A DNA stretch of 64,000 nucleotides, from contig OZ024741.1 of assembly GCA_964016885.1 (NCBI GenBank), forward strand, positions 382,168,001 through 382,232,000. Reading direction: 5' to 3'. Below the pieces are notes generated by a model, which had not been told where the DNA came from, searched no databases, and worked only from the letters and a program-made list of their open reading frames with translations. This DNA comes from Eledone cirrhosa (Eukaryota). A program made the translations under genes and the position numbers. Within the stretch, counting starts at the first letter, position 1, and each line of letters starts with the position of its first letter. Positions 27,679-41,898 of the stretch are shown piece after piece.

Positions 27679-29702
27679 ATGTGATGGGTTAAGGGAGAGG
27701 CCAGCGTGGTGTAATTCGAAAGATTGATAACAGTTAAAATGACCCGTGTGTACAGGACATTTTGAAATTGAGAAAGAAGGAAGGCAGATATCTACGAGAA
27801 AGGAGAATAATATTTACGGATGAACTGGAGGGAGCTGAAGGTATTTAGGCATTCATGTAGCCTTTCAGAAATCAGAGATTTGCTTCTGGCTTCGTAGCAC
27901 CGGGTGAATGAATGAGAGAGAGAGAACGAGATGTGATGGTTTAAGGGAGCAGCCAATTGTGAGATAGGCAGCCAGCACAAGTTTATCATCACCATAGGAG
28001 ATTTAGGAATAACAACAATAAAAATAAACCGGAATGAATGAATGAGAGAGAGAACGAATTGTGATCGGTTGTATATTAATCTAATATTTACCAGCTATCA
28101 AATTTTATTTTCCATAGTGTTCATAATTTAACAGAAAATATATATTTCCCTATCGTTAGGGATGGGAAACGTAACCTATATTCAATTCTAAACTACGATA
28201 GGATCGGTTTGATTTCCGTTCTTTATTTGGTCATTTTTTTAGGTTGTATGTGAAGAGGTTATTAACAGTTAAAAAGCTGCGCATTAAATAACGTTTTTTT
28301 TTCTGATACATTTAGACGTATAATAAGTGTATCATTGCTGAAGCTCCTCAACATTTAGTAGTTCCTCTTACAACGTTGGAAAGCCTGAACATGGAAATTG
28401 ATTTGACAGTCCTTTATTTTAAGCAATATGTAGTTACACCGAGTTAATGTCAATACTGATTTTGCAAGATATTTTCAGCCATCTTGATATGTATCTTGAA
28501 ATGACCTTATTATCCAAAAACGGATAGTATATAGGGATAGATATATTTTTTCCGATATTTTCCACGCGAAAGTGATGACAGGTGAAATTGATAAAAAAAA
28601 GCATTAATACATGTTCTGTGTATTATTTGATAATGTTACTACTATTACCAGAATTCATACTGTGTAAATCAATACTAGTGATATCCTTTTATTATAACTG
28701 TTATAACTTCGGGAGTATTTTCTTATAAGGAATCATGCTGTTTACGAATTTTTCTATAATTTCGGAGGAGAATTATTATCAAGAATACGTATTTATTCTT
28801 CTTTTGAAGATTTTTAAGCTTCTCTAATAATATAGTATATTTAACGTGAATCCTTAAGCCATATTAAATCTGAAGTTCATATTGACACGTATGTTAGTAT
28901 TGATTTGTTATTTAAAGACAGACGAACCGATTCATGAGGTAAGAAGAGAATAATATGGCGTTAGATTATTTCCTTCTCAAAGATACTATAAACGGGATTT
29001 ATATGAATCGGCTAAAATCTGGGGACAAAATTAGTTGCGACAAACTATATATTTGAATAAACATATACTCCAATTTAAGACATATTTCTATTAGGGTTTT
29101 GACGTTGTTGCTATTTGTGCTGTTTCTATGACAGCAGCAAATTTGTTGATTTGTTACAACGTCACACTGAATATCTTGTGGCATTTTCAGTTCTTTTTGT
29201 TTTGACTGTGTGGGAGAATGTCTATAAGAGTGTCAATATTTCAGGAAAGCTGGATGGACGCCGGGATAAATATATGAGAAATTAAAAGCCAGAATTTGTA
29301 TTTAAAGCCACGATTTCCAGTGTTATATTTCATTTATAGTGTTATATATGATATAAGGGTATATTGGGGGTTATTTCTAGCAGGGTGAAATACTGCGTGG
29401 TGCCTCTATTATTAGCTCCAAGTAAGAAAAAAACCAAGGATAACGTACAATAATGAGAAACAATTTCACAAAATATACAAATGTAATGTATATAAACAAT
29501 CTTTTGTAGGTTATGGACTTACACACACACATACACACAAACACACATTTATATATATATATATATATATGTAAAAGTTCTATTTAAATTGTTAGGATAC
29601 AACAAGCAAATATTTTTATAACTGATATAAAACACTCAACAAATTATTGGAGTAAAAATACGATATATTAACAAATGGAAACTATATTTATAAAACCATA
29701 TG

Positions 29703-29767
29703 TATTTCATTATACATATTTCAAGGACACCAAGTTAAATTATGGTGTGCTTTCATCAGATAAAATA
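29703..29767 (-). ncRNA. Minimal hammerhead ribozyme motif
   Basis: Minus strand: tattttat-CTGATGA-aagc acacca/tggtgt cctt-GAAA t atgt a TA-atgaaata. Confidence 0.72.
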
Positions 29768-30022
29768 TAATATAGAGAAGTTTTATGAATAAATATTGAC
29801 ATACCCTTAAAGAATGCAACCATTTCTGTTAGAAGCTCCCGGATAGTGGGGTTATAAATTTATTCATACTATTATGCAAATTATACTAATATATACTAAT
29901 TTATACAAATTTACATAATAGTATAAATAAATGTATAACCCCACTATCCGGGGGCTTCCAACAGGAATGGTCGCATTCTTTAAGGGTATGTCAATATTTG
30001 TTTATAAAAGTGCTCTATATTG

Positions 30023-30086
30023 TATTTTATCTGATGAAACACACCATAATTTAACTTGGTGTCCTTGAAATATGTACAATGAAATA
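30023..30086 (+). ncRNA. Hammerhead motif, probably inactivated (U16.1>C)
   Basis: tattttat-CTGATGA-..acacca/tggtgt..-GAAA tatgta CA-atgaaata. Confidence 0.6.
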
Positions 30087-30127
30087 AATATGGTTTTATA
30101 AATATAGTTTCCATTTGTTAATATATC

Positions 30128-30197
<70 letters not shown>

Positions 30198-31849
30198 TCT
30201 ATATATTATATACATAAATATTTCTTTATGTGTGCGTGTCTGTGTGCCTTTGTGTCTTTGTACATCTGTGTTTATAGTGTTTACTAAAATCTTTGCAATA
30301 TCGCTCTGTAATATTCACTGGTTTACGTTTAGCATTATACTTATATTACTTTATCTTTACCAAATTATTCCTCAACTTAAATAATTTAATTTAGAAATAT
30401 ATATAAGAGTTGAGTAGCAATTAACATCAGAATTGCATGAAACTTCACTCAAACAATTCGACAATCAATCATGTATAATATATAGCAGTTTAAGTGTGTC
30501 AAGTACACACAGCAAAAAACGTGTTGTCTATGGTGACGTTTTGATGGAGTATTTTAAAGGATGTCGTTCAAACATCAGTTACAATAATAGGAGGGTGCAA
30601 TAAATTGTCCGTAATAATCTCAGAACTTGTTAATGTAAAGATATTACTGTCTATTCTTCTGTTTGGTCGTTTCGAGTAATTACTTCATTGGCAGGACATT
30701 TGGGAATAGGTATGCTACAATTTCTAGGTTACAATCAAACAACAGTTAATGTTCACTATTATTGATTGTTCTCTAATTGCTTCTAGATGTGCCAATGGAA
30801 TGATATATCACTGGCTCCATCTCCATTATGATATACTTTTTCTCTGAAGACACTATGTCAAAGACACAATGTTGACCTGTTAACTAACCTTTAACCCAAT
30901 TATCAAGTCGATTCTAATGACATCAGCCTTAGAAAAATACGTCCCTACGTTACAGGCACTTTATACATTATCATCGTGATAACAGTATAATAAACTATAA
31001 TAAATATCCATCGGAATCATAAGTCAATTCAGAGAAATATATATGAGGATAATTCGTTTCGAGAATGTATGTTGGATTATATGTTAACTAGATTTAATTA
31101 TGCTCTAGAATAATGTGTTCGATTGTTTAAACATAATAATATGTCCGGTGATCTATGCCAGAACATATGCACATCATCCGAGAAATTACCCTACAGTTGT
31201 TGTTTTAATACAATAAGCAATTATAGGAAAAGTCCTATTTTCTTTATCATTTTATCAATAATCGAGGCAAATGATGCGAATTTGACCCACAAATACTTGC
31301 TCACCTGAGTCAATATATAGTATAGTTATGTATATAAGTAAACTACCTCGTCTTAATCAAAGAAGTATTCAGCATATAGGATATAGATCTAAGCAGCCCT
31401 AAAAGAAAGCTGTTCATGACTGGAGCTAAAGCACAAGAGCGTCATATATATGAAACGTGCATTTATCATTGGCATGATCAAGTAGAAATAGTTATCAAGT
31501 TATATAGTATCAAGTTATATAGTAGAAATAAGGGACAATGTTTCAATATACACGGATAAAACCAAACGCATCTCCAAATTAAGTCCATAATGGAAATTAC
31601 ACTTTCATTTTCTTAATATTAGGAAACCGGTAGTAAATATAACATACCAGCTTTCACGAACATCGTCGAGGATAGAAAACCCTTACACAAAACCACCAAA
31701 TAATTATTTTACAGTGATAAATCATTGGCCAATACAATTAAAATGTCCTGCTTATAGACATATAAAAATATAAGTGTATCCAAGACAACTTTGTCTTTTA
31801 TATTGCTGTGCAGGAAATTAACATGTATTTTCTTTTCTTTTTTATCTGT

Positions 31850-32090
31850 TTATCGTTACCGGTCGCTCTCCGACAGGTTTGCTGTCGTTCCCCTGGCAGT
31901 GGAGACTTCTAGTATCCTCGGTCTCAGGGCTATCTCCTTACTCACCACCATAGGCGCTGAGCTGGCCAGCCGCAGGTGTGAGTCCCGCGAGTTGGAGTGG
32001 CTTTTCCAGCGCGTCTCCTTGCCGTCCTCCGGGGAAACGCCTTCTCCATTCTGTCTGCCGGGGCTGTGGGTGGGGCCCATCGGGTACCAA
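31850..32090 (+). mobile_element. 3' fragment of a CRE-like RLE non-LTR retrotransposon
   Basis: YRSLSDRFAVVPLAVETSSILG..IG..E.RE..WLFQRVSL, then after a frameshift AVLRGNAFSIL: typical RLE C-terminus; GC-rich island in AT-rich flank. Confidence 0.75.
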
Positions 32091-32538
32091 TATATTATTT
32101 AAATACCATTCTTTCATCTGATATATCTCTAAATTATATTTTATACCAATTAGATATGTATATATTACTTTAATCCGGAACTGCACAACGTTATTTTCCG
32201 AATGAAAGCCCAAGTTTGTGGGTTTATATAAATATATATAAATAGTACCTACAAAAGTAAAAAAAAAAAAAATAATAATCAATGGTGTATTGATTCACTT
32301 CAGTTTGACATCAAATACAATAAGCTTAGTAGGAGGAGTAATATGGTTATGTTAATTATTCAATTGTAGCAAATTTTGATTAGCATCGCGATCAGGGTAG
32401 ATCAAAATAATCATTGATATTCTCTGATGAAACTGTGATAAACAGGGTAGCAAGACTCGCTGATTAGACTTAATAAAATGAATATTGAAACTCTAATTCA
32501 GTATTGAGTACTCGTTTCTCACAGCTGTCAGCCACATG

Positions 32539-32569
<31 letters not shown>

Positions 32570-33322
32570 CTTCTTTAGAGCCTTAGACAAATGCTACCCT
32601 AGATCACATAGATATTATAAAATATTCAATAGGAATACCATCAAGCTGTCCTACTCCACAACTAGTAACATAGCTCAGAATATAGCTAAGATGAATTGTA
32701 GTAGAATTAGGACAGCCCAAGAGGGAATTAGGCATGGCAGGAACAATGGCAGCTCTATGGAGGAACTGACTCATACACGTGAGGCGAGTCGGGTCTCCCC
32801 AACCCCAGGGAATTTACCCATAGAGCAGACATGAACTGAGACCCGACCCCTAATGTACCGTGGTACATCTGTACTACCCAGGTCGACAGCAAAAAATGTA
32901 ACTGCAGAAGCACCGCTACCTGCCCCATGGCTGGGAAATGCCTTACCAAAAACATAGTCTACGACTGTAACGTCTCCACTCCTGATAGAACCTATAGGTA
33001 TGTTGGGGCAACTGCCAAGGAATTGAAGGATAGATGGTATAATCACCGCCATATCTTTAATACATTAGATACAAACAAATAGCACGCCACTTTCTGAATT
33101 AGTCTGGAAGCTTAAGCATCAGAATTTAGAGCACTCCTTATCCTGGTCCATAGTTTGCTCAGCCCAACCTTATAACGGCAGCACTGGCGTCTGCAATTTA
33201 TGTATAGCTAAAACCTTTAATATTATTAGAGGCGGCCCCCTATTAATTAATAGGAGAGCTGATTTTATCAGCAACTGCCAACATAGAACCTCGAAAACAT
33301 TCCGCAGGACTTTTGGAAGGTA
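32570..33322 (+). mobile_element. Penelope-like GIY-YIG remnant
   Basis: KLSYSTTSNI, CNCRSTATCPMAGKCLTKNIVYDC..YVGATAKELKDRWYNH, LSELVWKLK..WSIV..CNLC..LINRRADFISNCQHR. Confidence 0.85.
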
Positions 33323-34260
33323 ACCTACCACTAACTCCTCCCTCTATACTTTAGCCATAGAGTTCTCTCAATAAACAGACAGTCATACACTCAGATAGTT
33401 AGACGGCTAAGATTGTTTGCGAATTTACAAACGATACTCGGCCTCTTTCCACGGAGTTCTCACAGCTGAGCGCACTTTTTAGAATACCTACCTAGTAAAT
33501 AGTTAGATTGATTACACACTTAGAATACCTAGTTAGTAATTGATTGCGCACTCAGGCATGACCGATTACGCGCACCTACCTTTACTTTTACTTTAATATA
33601 CCCTAACCATTGAGTTCTCTCAGTTGTGATATAGCTGGTCGTATTACACACTTAGTTAGGCCCGATTACGCTCTCTATACATAACTCTACACACAGTAAC
33701 CGTTTCCTTTAGATATTGAGCTCCCACAATTACGACTATCACATTCCTACCGGCTGAACACTACACTAAATTTTGATCCGTGATCATCTAACCATGGAGG
33801 ACTCAATTTTACGGATTGAATAATATTACTTACACACCATTAGTGGGCTTACACACATCCTCTGGATTTTACTACCCTTTTTTTTTACTTCACCTTCTGC
33901 GTTGGATAACACACCTCCACCACTCAAACAACTATCTTAAAAGTTCATTGGCCCATATAACGGGAATCGCACTTACTGACGCATTTACCCAATACCCGAC
34001 CCTACACGGATCACCTTGCTGGCCTACATTGCGGTTGCTTGCATGCACGGATTTAGTGACTCGGATTCTCAATGGTACAGCGGTACATACTGAGTTCGAT
34101 ATGAGCTGATTGCTTGCTCTTCACATGGATGTGTGTATACCCAGACATACCCTTTTTGGGGCGGTTCGTATGTGTATATACCATAATATACACTTGAAGA
34201 TATGGATGTTACAATTCAATCTCTACACGTATAGCAGAATACTGAACTTAACTTATTTGC

Positions 34261-34342
<82 letters not shown>

Positions 34343-34863
34343 ACTCAATATGTTGGTTAACTCAATATTCCCAATTTACATCGTCAAATTGAGATTTGAC
34401 AGGTATAGCATCTGTTATTTTGTGAACTAACTTTCGGTGAATGCTGTGTTGGTACATTCTTATATATGTTTCCTTATATTTTTTTCTGTGACATCGCTTT
34501 GATGTGTGTTACAGTGTGTGTGTACCCACCCACACTAACTCTGACCTTGTATAATCCTACAGGTTTGATACTGTGTTGATGTGTGTATGTATATGTATAT
34601 ATTTCTTTCTTCGACCTCGAGCCGGTGTATGTGGGTGTGGAGTGTGTGTGTACCCACTCACATTAACTATATCCCTACAGACTTGATTGATGTCCAGCGT
34701 CTTTTGCAGCGATAGAAATCCGACAACTTTTATGACCTCAACTGAAGTTAATAGCAGTCGCTGTCTCTGACTGGTGTGTTTTTGTAGGAGGGAATTAATT
34801 CTGTGAGAGAACATCGTTATTTTGTTTTCTGCCTCATATCAAGTATTTGAAGACAATTCATTT

Positions 34864-34937
34864 TCACCTGATGAGATCAGTTTTAATCGATCTTGGCTTC
34901 ACAATCGATCGATCTCTTATTGAAATATGTGTCGTGA
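34864..34937 (+). ncRNA. Hammerhead ribozyme motif (stem II irregular)
   Basis: tcac-CTGATGA-gatc...gatc..-GAAA t atgt GTC-gtga. Confidence 0.55.
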
Positions 34938-35220
34938 TTAAATGATTGGAGTTTTACCTTGCCTTTGGATTTTCATTTTGATACTTATACTCCGTTGTAC
35001 ATCATCTAGCTGTTCCCTTGAATGGAATTAGAGATATAAGCATGGAGAACTTAATATTGGTAACATAAATTCATTGGACCATGTTACACAACCAATAATG
35101 CACCTTACTATATTTATATATATATATATATATATATATACAGGGTAACAGATTATTGTTATAGGTAGTCCACTCAGGTGTATAGCAAACCGTGTCACTC
35201 TTCTTTCTTGATATATATAC

Positions 35221-35266
<46 letters not shown>

Positions 35267-35633
35267 ATATATTATGTGAGAAAAAACACAAACCCTCCAT
35301 CTCAATTCTACATTTGAAAAGCAGGGGAACTGTGAAACCGGTAAAGGAACCAAATAAATATATATTTAAAAAAAAAAGATTACACTTGCATTTTCGATTT
35401 CATCTCTTTTCCTTATATATGTATATATATGGTAGATGCACCTGCATGTGAGTGCATTTTATAATTACAACTTAAAATGAGGGGATAGAGGTAGTAATAT
35501 ATATTTGTTGAGAATATCTTGAACATTCCCGAAAATTAATCTCCTATCAAGGATTTATATCAAAACATAAACATGTCTTAGAAGAATGAAGTAATTGCTT
35601 CTTCGCAGGTCACATTCGCCGATGAAATAAGTG

Positions 35634-35811
35634 TTTCTATTTTAAGCACAAGGCCAGCAATTACCCAGTACATTACTGGCACTTTAATTGATCGACCCCG
35701 TAAGGATGAAAGGCAAAGATACCCTCGGCGGGATTTGAACTCAGACTGTAAAGGGACGTAACTATGCTAGAAAGCATGGCGTCCAACCCTCTACCGATAC
35801 TGCCAGTTCAC
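35634..35811 (-). mobile_element. tRNA-derived SINE (family 1)
   Basis: Matches 7708-7895. Confidence 0.88.
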
Positions 35812-35970
35812 TGATATTTGAATAGAGATTAATTGAGAGTTTCGCGGCAAAATTCATCTACAAAGTCTTTGAGAAACACTTCATATATTAGGTAGGTCTG
35901 ACAGAATGTTATATAGAGAGAACAAACGAACGTCAGCACACATAAGATTATAAATTTATATATATATATA

Positions 35971-36034
<64 letters not shown>

Positions 36035-36606
36035 TGTGTGTGTGTTTGTGTATGTATATATATATATATATATATTGATACATATATATAAGAGCATATA
36101 CAAATATATATATATATATCTTATATATTCAAAATTGTCACAAGTTCAAGGACAGCAAATTATTATTTATTCACACATATGAACGCTTCAATACGGCTAG
36201 AACATCACATACATTTGCAGTTCAACTAGAGACTATTAGTCAATATTTTTCTGCATTATGCGTGCTTCATCCGAACCTTGTCTTCACGGGAAATATTCAG
36301 AACAAGAATAACGATAATAAATGCGATAAAAACATACCAAGATACCCAGATGAGACAAAATCACGGAGCTTTTAGTGTGTCAGTGAGGGTTTACGTGCAT
36401 ATAATTTAGAAGCTATAATAAGTGTTTATTTATTTCTTCAGGAAATATTAGGTTTAACTAGGAATAGATTTACAGTAAGGGTGGCTTCAGGTTTTCCTTA
36501 AAAGTTTAGGGTAGTTTGTTTAGGTAGTTATCAGAGAAATATTTAAATACCATTTAGAAGTTTGTTTTCCTTCTGTTAGCATTCTTCGTATGTATCGATG
36601 AAATCG

Positions 36607-36664
<58 letters not shown>

Positions 36665-36689
36665 CATATATATATATGATTTCATTTAT

Positions 36690-37720
36690 ACCTATATTGA
36701 GTTTAAAACCCTTCTAAATGGACTCAACACAAACTTACAATTCACAATGGATTACAGCAATGAACAACTCCCTTTCCTCGACATCCTCATCAAGAAAACA
36801 AACAACAAAATAGAAACAGACATATACTACAAACCCACAGACTCCAAACAATACCTTCCATTGAACTCATCCCACCCTCGGAATACAAAAATGGCAATTC
36901 CTTATTACCTACACAGAAGGATCTGCACGATAGTTTCAGATAAATACACATGCTACACACGACTAGAATAATTAAAAAACACACTTATCAGCAGAAACTA
37001 CCCACCATCCATAATCAACAATCGATTCCAACCTGCCCTAAAACTCAACATACAGGAACTCAGATACCCCAAACCCAGGAATGAACCGCAACAGAAAACT
37101 CTACCATACATCTCCACACACAACCACCTCAACAATGAGGCATTCGACACCATCCTCCAGAACATTCCTTTACTAAAAAGAGACCCAAGAATGAACAAAA
37201 TGCTCCAAACACGAAACATGGTAAAAGCAAAAGACAACCTAAATCCATAAAAAAACTTCCTCACCCAAGCCAAAATCCAACAAACCCTAACAATGAACCC
37301 TACAGTAACAACATGCAGAAGGCCAAACTATGGCATATGCATAAATCTTCAGGTTCAACATTCCATTTTAAACAAGGACAACATTTCACAGTTAAACACA
37401 ACTTTACATGTGCATCTGAAAACCTAATCTATGTTTTGACCTGCTCAGGTTGTCAAGAGCACTACATAGGACAGACAAAAACAGCCTCCAACAACGTATG
37501 ATCGTCCATAAATCACAAGTCAAAATAAACGAATACAGAAAGATTGCGTTTACTGAACATACCGCCAATTGTGCACCCAACCAACATCCAAACTTTAACA
37601 TTTTTTCCCCATTTACAAATTCATAGACAACGCTACTTTCATCGATCGTACCAATAAGGAAATGTATTTCATTAACAAATTCCAACCAATACTTAATGCA
37701 CTAAACTTCGGACTATACTA
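36690..37720 (+). mobile_element. Penelope-like element remnant (RT C-terminus and GIY-YIG)
   Basis: LQFTMDYSNEQLPFLDILI..TDIYYKPTDSKQYL..SSHP; FTCASENLIYVLTCSGCQEHYIGQT. Confidence 0.88.
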
Positions 37721-38366
37721 AAACTGGATCGAACAATGAAACATTTAAAATACCTATGTTTCTCTAAAGAGTTACCTCCCTCACATCCTACCTAATCGTT
37801 TTTCTTAAATAAATTAAATACTATCCACCATTTCCCTCCCACCCTGAATTACCTCCCCCTGCATATTAACTCTCTAAAAAGGGAAATTATATCAAATCCC
37901 AGTCTACCATTTGCCTCCATCATGGATCAACTAAGCACTCCTGCTATATTAACACATTTTGATCTGCTTATCTTCAAGAACTATGCCTGTAAAAACATTA
38001 TTTTTCCTTTCACATTGCCTCAATGATCCACATCAGGTCCTTTTTTTTCTTTTCTTTTCACTTAATAAACCTTGTTTGTAAATAACATTATTCTTTCTGA
38101 ACCATTTCTTTAACATGTCCAATACCACCATTCTACACCAATACATATTATTATCATTTGATAATGCATAAACATGCTGAAAACGGTATAAAACAAATAA
38201 ATAAATAAATAAATAAATAAATGCCATTATTAATTAATAAATAAATCAACTAATACCTTAACAGTTCACACAAAGTAAAATATTTCGTTTTAATCATTTT
38301 CTAACCCAGAAAAAAGAGAGAAAAAATAAAAAGGGAAAAAATATATTTTTCTTCCTAATAATCGTC

Positions 38367-38433
<67 letters not shown>

Positions 38434-39202
38434 GTAAATTGGAGAAAAAACGATTATTAGGATGAAAAATATATTTGTTTCCTTTACTTGTTTCTCTTTT
38501 TTATGGGTTAGAAAATTTTACTTTGTTTGAAGTGTTAAGCTATTAGTTAATTTATTTATTAATTAACAATAGCATTGATTTATTTATTTATTTAATAATT
38601 GTCAATTACCGGTTTCAGCATGTTATGCATTATAAAGTTAGGTGAGATGGAGAGAAAAAAAGGTGGGAATTTCTATTTGTATAAAATGTAGGAGAGAAGA
38701 TAAGGTGATGTTGAACATGTTTTTGAAATGAGAAAGAAAGAATAATATTATTTACAAACAAGGTTTTTGAAGTAAAAGAAAGGGAGTGATGTAGGACATC
38801 ATAAGGTAATGGGAAAGAGAGAATAATATTATTTACAGGCGTAGTTCTTGAGGGTAAGCAGTTCAAAAAGTGTTATTATGGCAGGAGCGCTTTGAGAAGA
38901 TGATCCATGCTAGAGGTAAATGGTGTATATCTATATACACCACTGGATAGAGCTGGTCATTCCGTATAGTCAACCGTAATATATTATTTCGTAAATCACT
39001 CGACGTATGCAGCACACCCATCTTCGGTTATGTTGAATCATGATGGTATTGCGAGAACGGAGTTAATTATTATTGAGAAAAATGACAGGAGACAAGACTG
39101 GTGAAATTCCTTAAAGATTTATTATTAATAAAACATGGATAAGGCTATAAGGAATTTCACCAGTCCAGCCTCCTGTCATTTTACACAATAATGATATATA
39201 TA

Positions 39203-39240
<38 letters not shown>

Positions 39241-39707
39241 AATATATATATATATAAGAGAGTATTGAAGTTTGCTTGAAGCATTGTGGAACAATAAGTA
39301 AATATTTTAAGTCGTTTGGAAGCCTCGACAATGCAAATGTTTAAATCTTCGGGTAACAAGGTCCGGTGGTCGAGAGAGAGATGTAAGTGGGTGTACGTTG
39401 AGATGCGTGGTGTGTATAAGATGTGTGAGATGTGTAGAATGAAGGGAAGAGTATAAAGGATAAAAATAAAAATAACAACACAAGAGAGAGTTACCTTGGG
39501 AGAGATTTAATAGTCCCTATATATTTCGGATTCACATCCATCAAGTGGGGTTTTTTTCCGGGGTGGGGGAAAAGGTTGTCTGTCGGACAAGTCCGGAACG
39601 CGTCTTTCGCTGTTTGTTGTTTTGAATATCTGAGGTATATATATATACAAACAGTTATGAAACGAAGGGAGCTCTGTGGTTACTAATATAACTAATATAT
39701 ATATATA

Positions 39708-39935
39708 TCAGGGTTAACAGGTTGCTGTCTTCTAAGTGTTCTTTAAGGTCAGGTATGTCACCTGAAATGCTAACACCAATGGCTGCTCCCTCCTCTTGGG
39801 CATATGTTTTTCCATTAAATTTGAACATTGGCGTTAGCATTGCAGGTGTCATAGCTAACCTATTCATGGTATGGTGGAACAATAAACATAAACTTAAACT
39901 TAAAGAACAATTAGAAGACAGCAACCTCATAACCC

Positions 39936-39982
<47 letters not shown>

Positions 39983-41535
39983 TAAGGGTATACAATTACC
40001 TAGAATTTTTACTAATCTGGTTCTAAAATGTACTCCCGCCACGTTGATGATATAAACATCGTAGTAAAAACACCCCCACTAGAGAACAGTCAGGAATTAG
40101 AGAAAAAGACAATGGAAAGCATCCTGCAAATAGCTAACTCCATCGACCAGAGTATTAGAGTTACTATAGACTACCCAAGCAAACACGGCAACCATCGATT
40201 ACCTGTACTAGACACAGAGCTCTGGTTAGAAACCATTCATAACAAAAAACAAATCCTCATTCCCATGACTTCCAAATATCTGATCCAGCGAAACTCAGCT
40301 GTTTCGGATGACACCAAAATCAACATGCTGATTGCGGATTTGGTACGGGTGATGAGAAACGTGTCCCGCATGTGCAACCCCAAAGAACTAGAGAGACACA
40401 TACAACGCTTCATCCACCGTATGCAGTTCTCTGGTTACAATCAGAGAGATAAAATCAGAGTATATAGAGGAGCCAGAACCAAATGCGTAAAATGGTAAAT
40501 AATGATACAAATGGGACCTGCCCCTTGCATAAGAGAAAATTTTGGAATATAATAGAAAGAACTAGGAATAAGGTTAATAGAATAAACTCATGGTATGATA
40601 GCAATAAATACCAGAGTGTAATGTTCATCAATACAACCCCTAGAGGTGAATTAGCTTACAAATTTAGAAGGGCCCTAGATAAACTTAAACTTAATATTAA
40701 GATAGTAGAAATACCAGGTACCTCTATAAAAACACTTATTAGCAATACATACCCTTTTCAAAGACCTCCCTGTATAGATAAGAAATGCATAATCTGTAAT
40801 CTAAGCCCCCATATTAACTGTCAAACTAGAAAGGTAGTATGTAGCATAAGATATACTGATGGACAATGTAAAGATAAGAATATAGTGTACATAGGTGAGA
40901 CAGCTCGTAGTATAGGGGAACGGTTAAATTAACACTGGCGAGAGCTTCAAGATAATAAAGAATAATCAATACTCCACCAACATGCTAACATAAAACATAA
41001 GGGCAAATTAGAGAACATAGAAATAAAAATAGAATCTACACACAGAAAAGACGCAATGTTTAGACAAATCACAGAGGCAATAAACATAACTCCAACCAAA
41101 ATTAAATAGAAAACATGAATGGAATAGCAACCTCACAACTTACAATTAAGGACAACATGAAAACACACACACACATAGAAAAAACAACCAACCAGTAACA
41201 TGTAAATAAACAAATAAATAAACAAATAAAACACACACACAGACAGCCGGATGTAACAAAAGCGCAAACTAAGCATACAACACACACAAAAACAAGATGG
41301 CGTAGGACAGAACAAAGGAGAGGCACAAAACAAAGAAAAGAATCCCCAGTGGCTGAAGAGGTCACAGAATGTGTGACGAAAGAACTTTGACAATATATGA
41401 ACAACCTTCCGGTTGTGGAACCAACCAACCGGAAATTTATAAATTCTTAAATTTATAAATTAAATTTATAATACATTGGAGTGAAATCATCTGGTGCGTG
41501 TGTTTCTTATTGGCAACATGACCCTCCCAAAGTAT

Positions 41536-41540
<5 letters not shown>
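39708..41540 (+). mobile_element. Penelope-like element (RT core to GIY-YIG and 3' end), with rearranged 5' end
   Basis: IGVSIAGVIANLFM, YSRHVDDINI, LPVLDTEL, VVCSIRY..YIGETARSIGERLN; hammerhead at 41349. Confidence 0.88.
41349..41391 (+). ncRNA. Minimal hammerhead ribozyme motif
   Basis: CTGAAGA g gtcaca-gaatg-tgtgac GAAA gaac TT tgac. Confidence 0.68.
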
Positions 41541-41583
<43 letters not shown>

Positions 41584-41812
41584 TACATGTATACAATTAC
41601 CCAGCATTTTTACTAATCTGGTTCTAAAATTAAACTTCAGTAGAGATGATAGTTTCTTTATCTTTTTCAGTCATTTCGATCAAAGTTAGGTTTCCTATGC
41701 TAGTTATCATATCTTTCTGTCGTGAATCCAAATCGCCGGTGTATCTTTGTTCACGTCCCCTCTCTAATAACCTTCTTTTATTTACTATGTGCCTCTGTGA
41801 CTATAAAAAGTT

Positions 41813-41898
41813 TATACTATGTTTTACTTATTTAAAAAATATTATACTATGTTTTACTTATTTAAAAAATATTATACTATGTTTTACTTATTTAAAAA
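41813..41898. repeat. 30-bp tandem repeat, about 3 copies
   Basis: tatactatgttttacttatttaaaaaatat repeated. Confidence 0.9.

Larger units (their letters stand above)
29570..30130. repeat. Fold-back palindrome (about 29659-30130) of a hammerhead-bearing Penelope-like terminus
   Basis: Arms reverse-complementary around about 29895; homologous to 17686-17950. Confidence 0.9.

Noticed and set aside
41813-41898. CRISPR-like array
   Set aside because: Direct tandem repeat without spacers; eukaryotic context with no cas genes.
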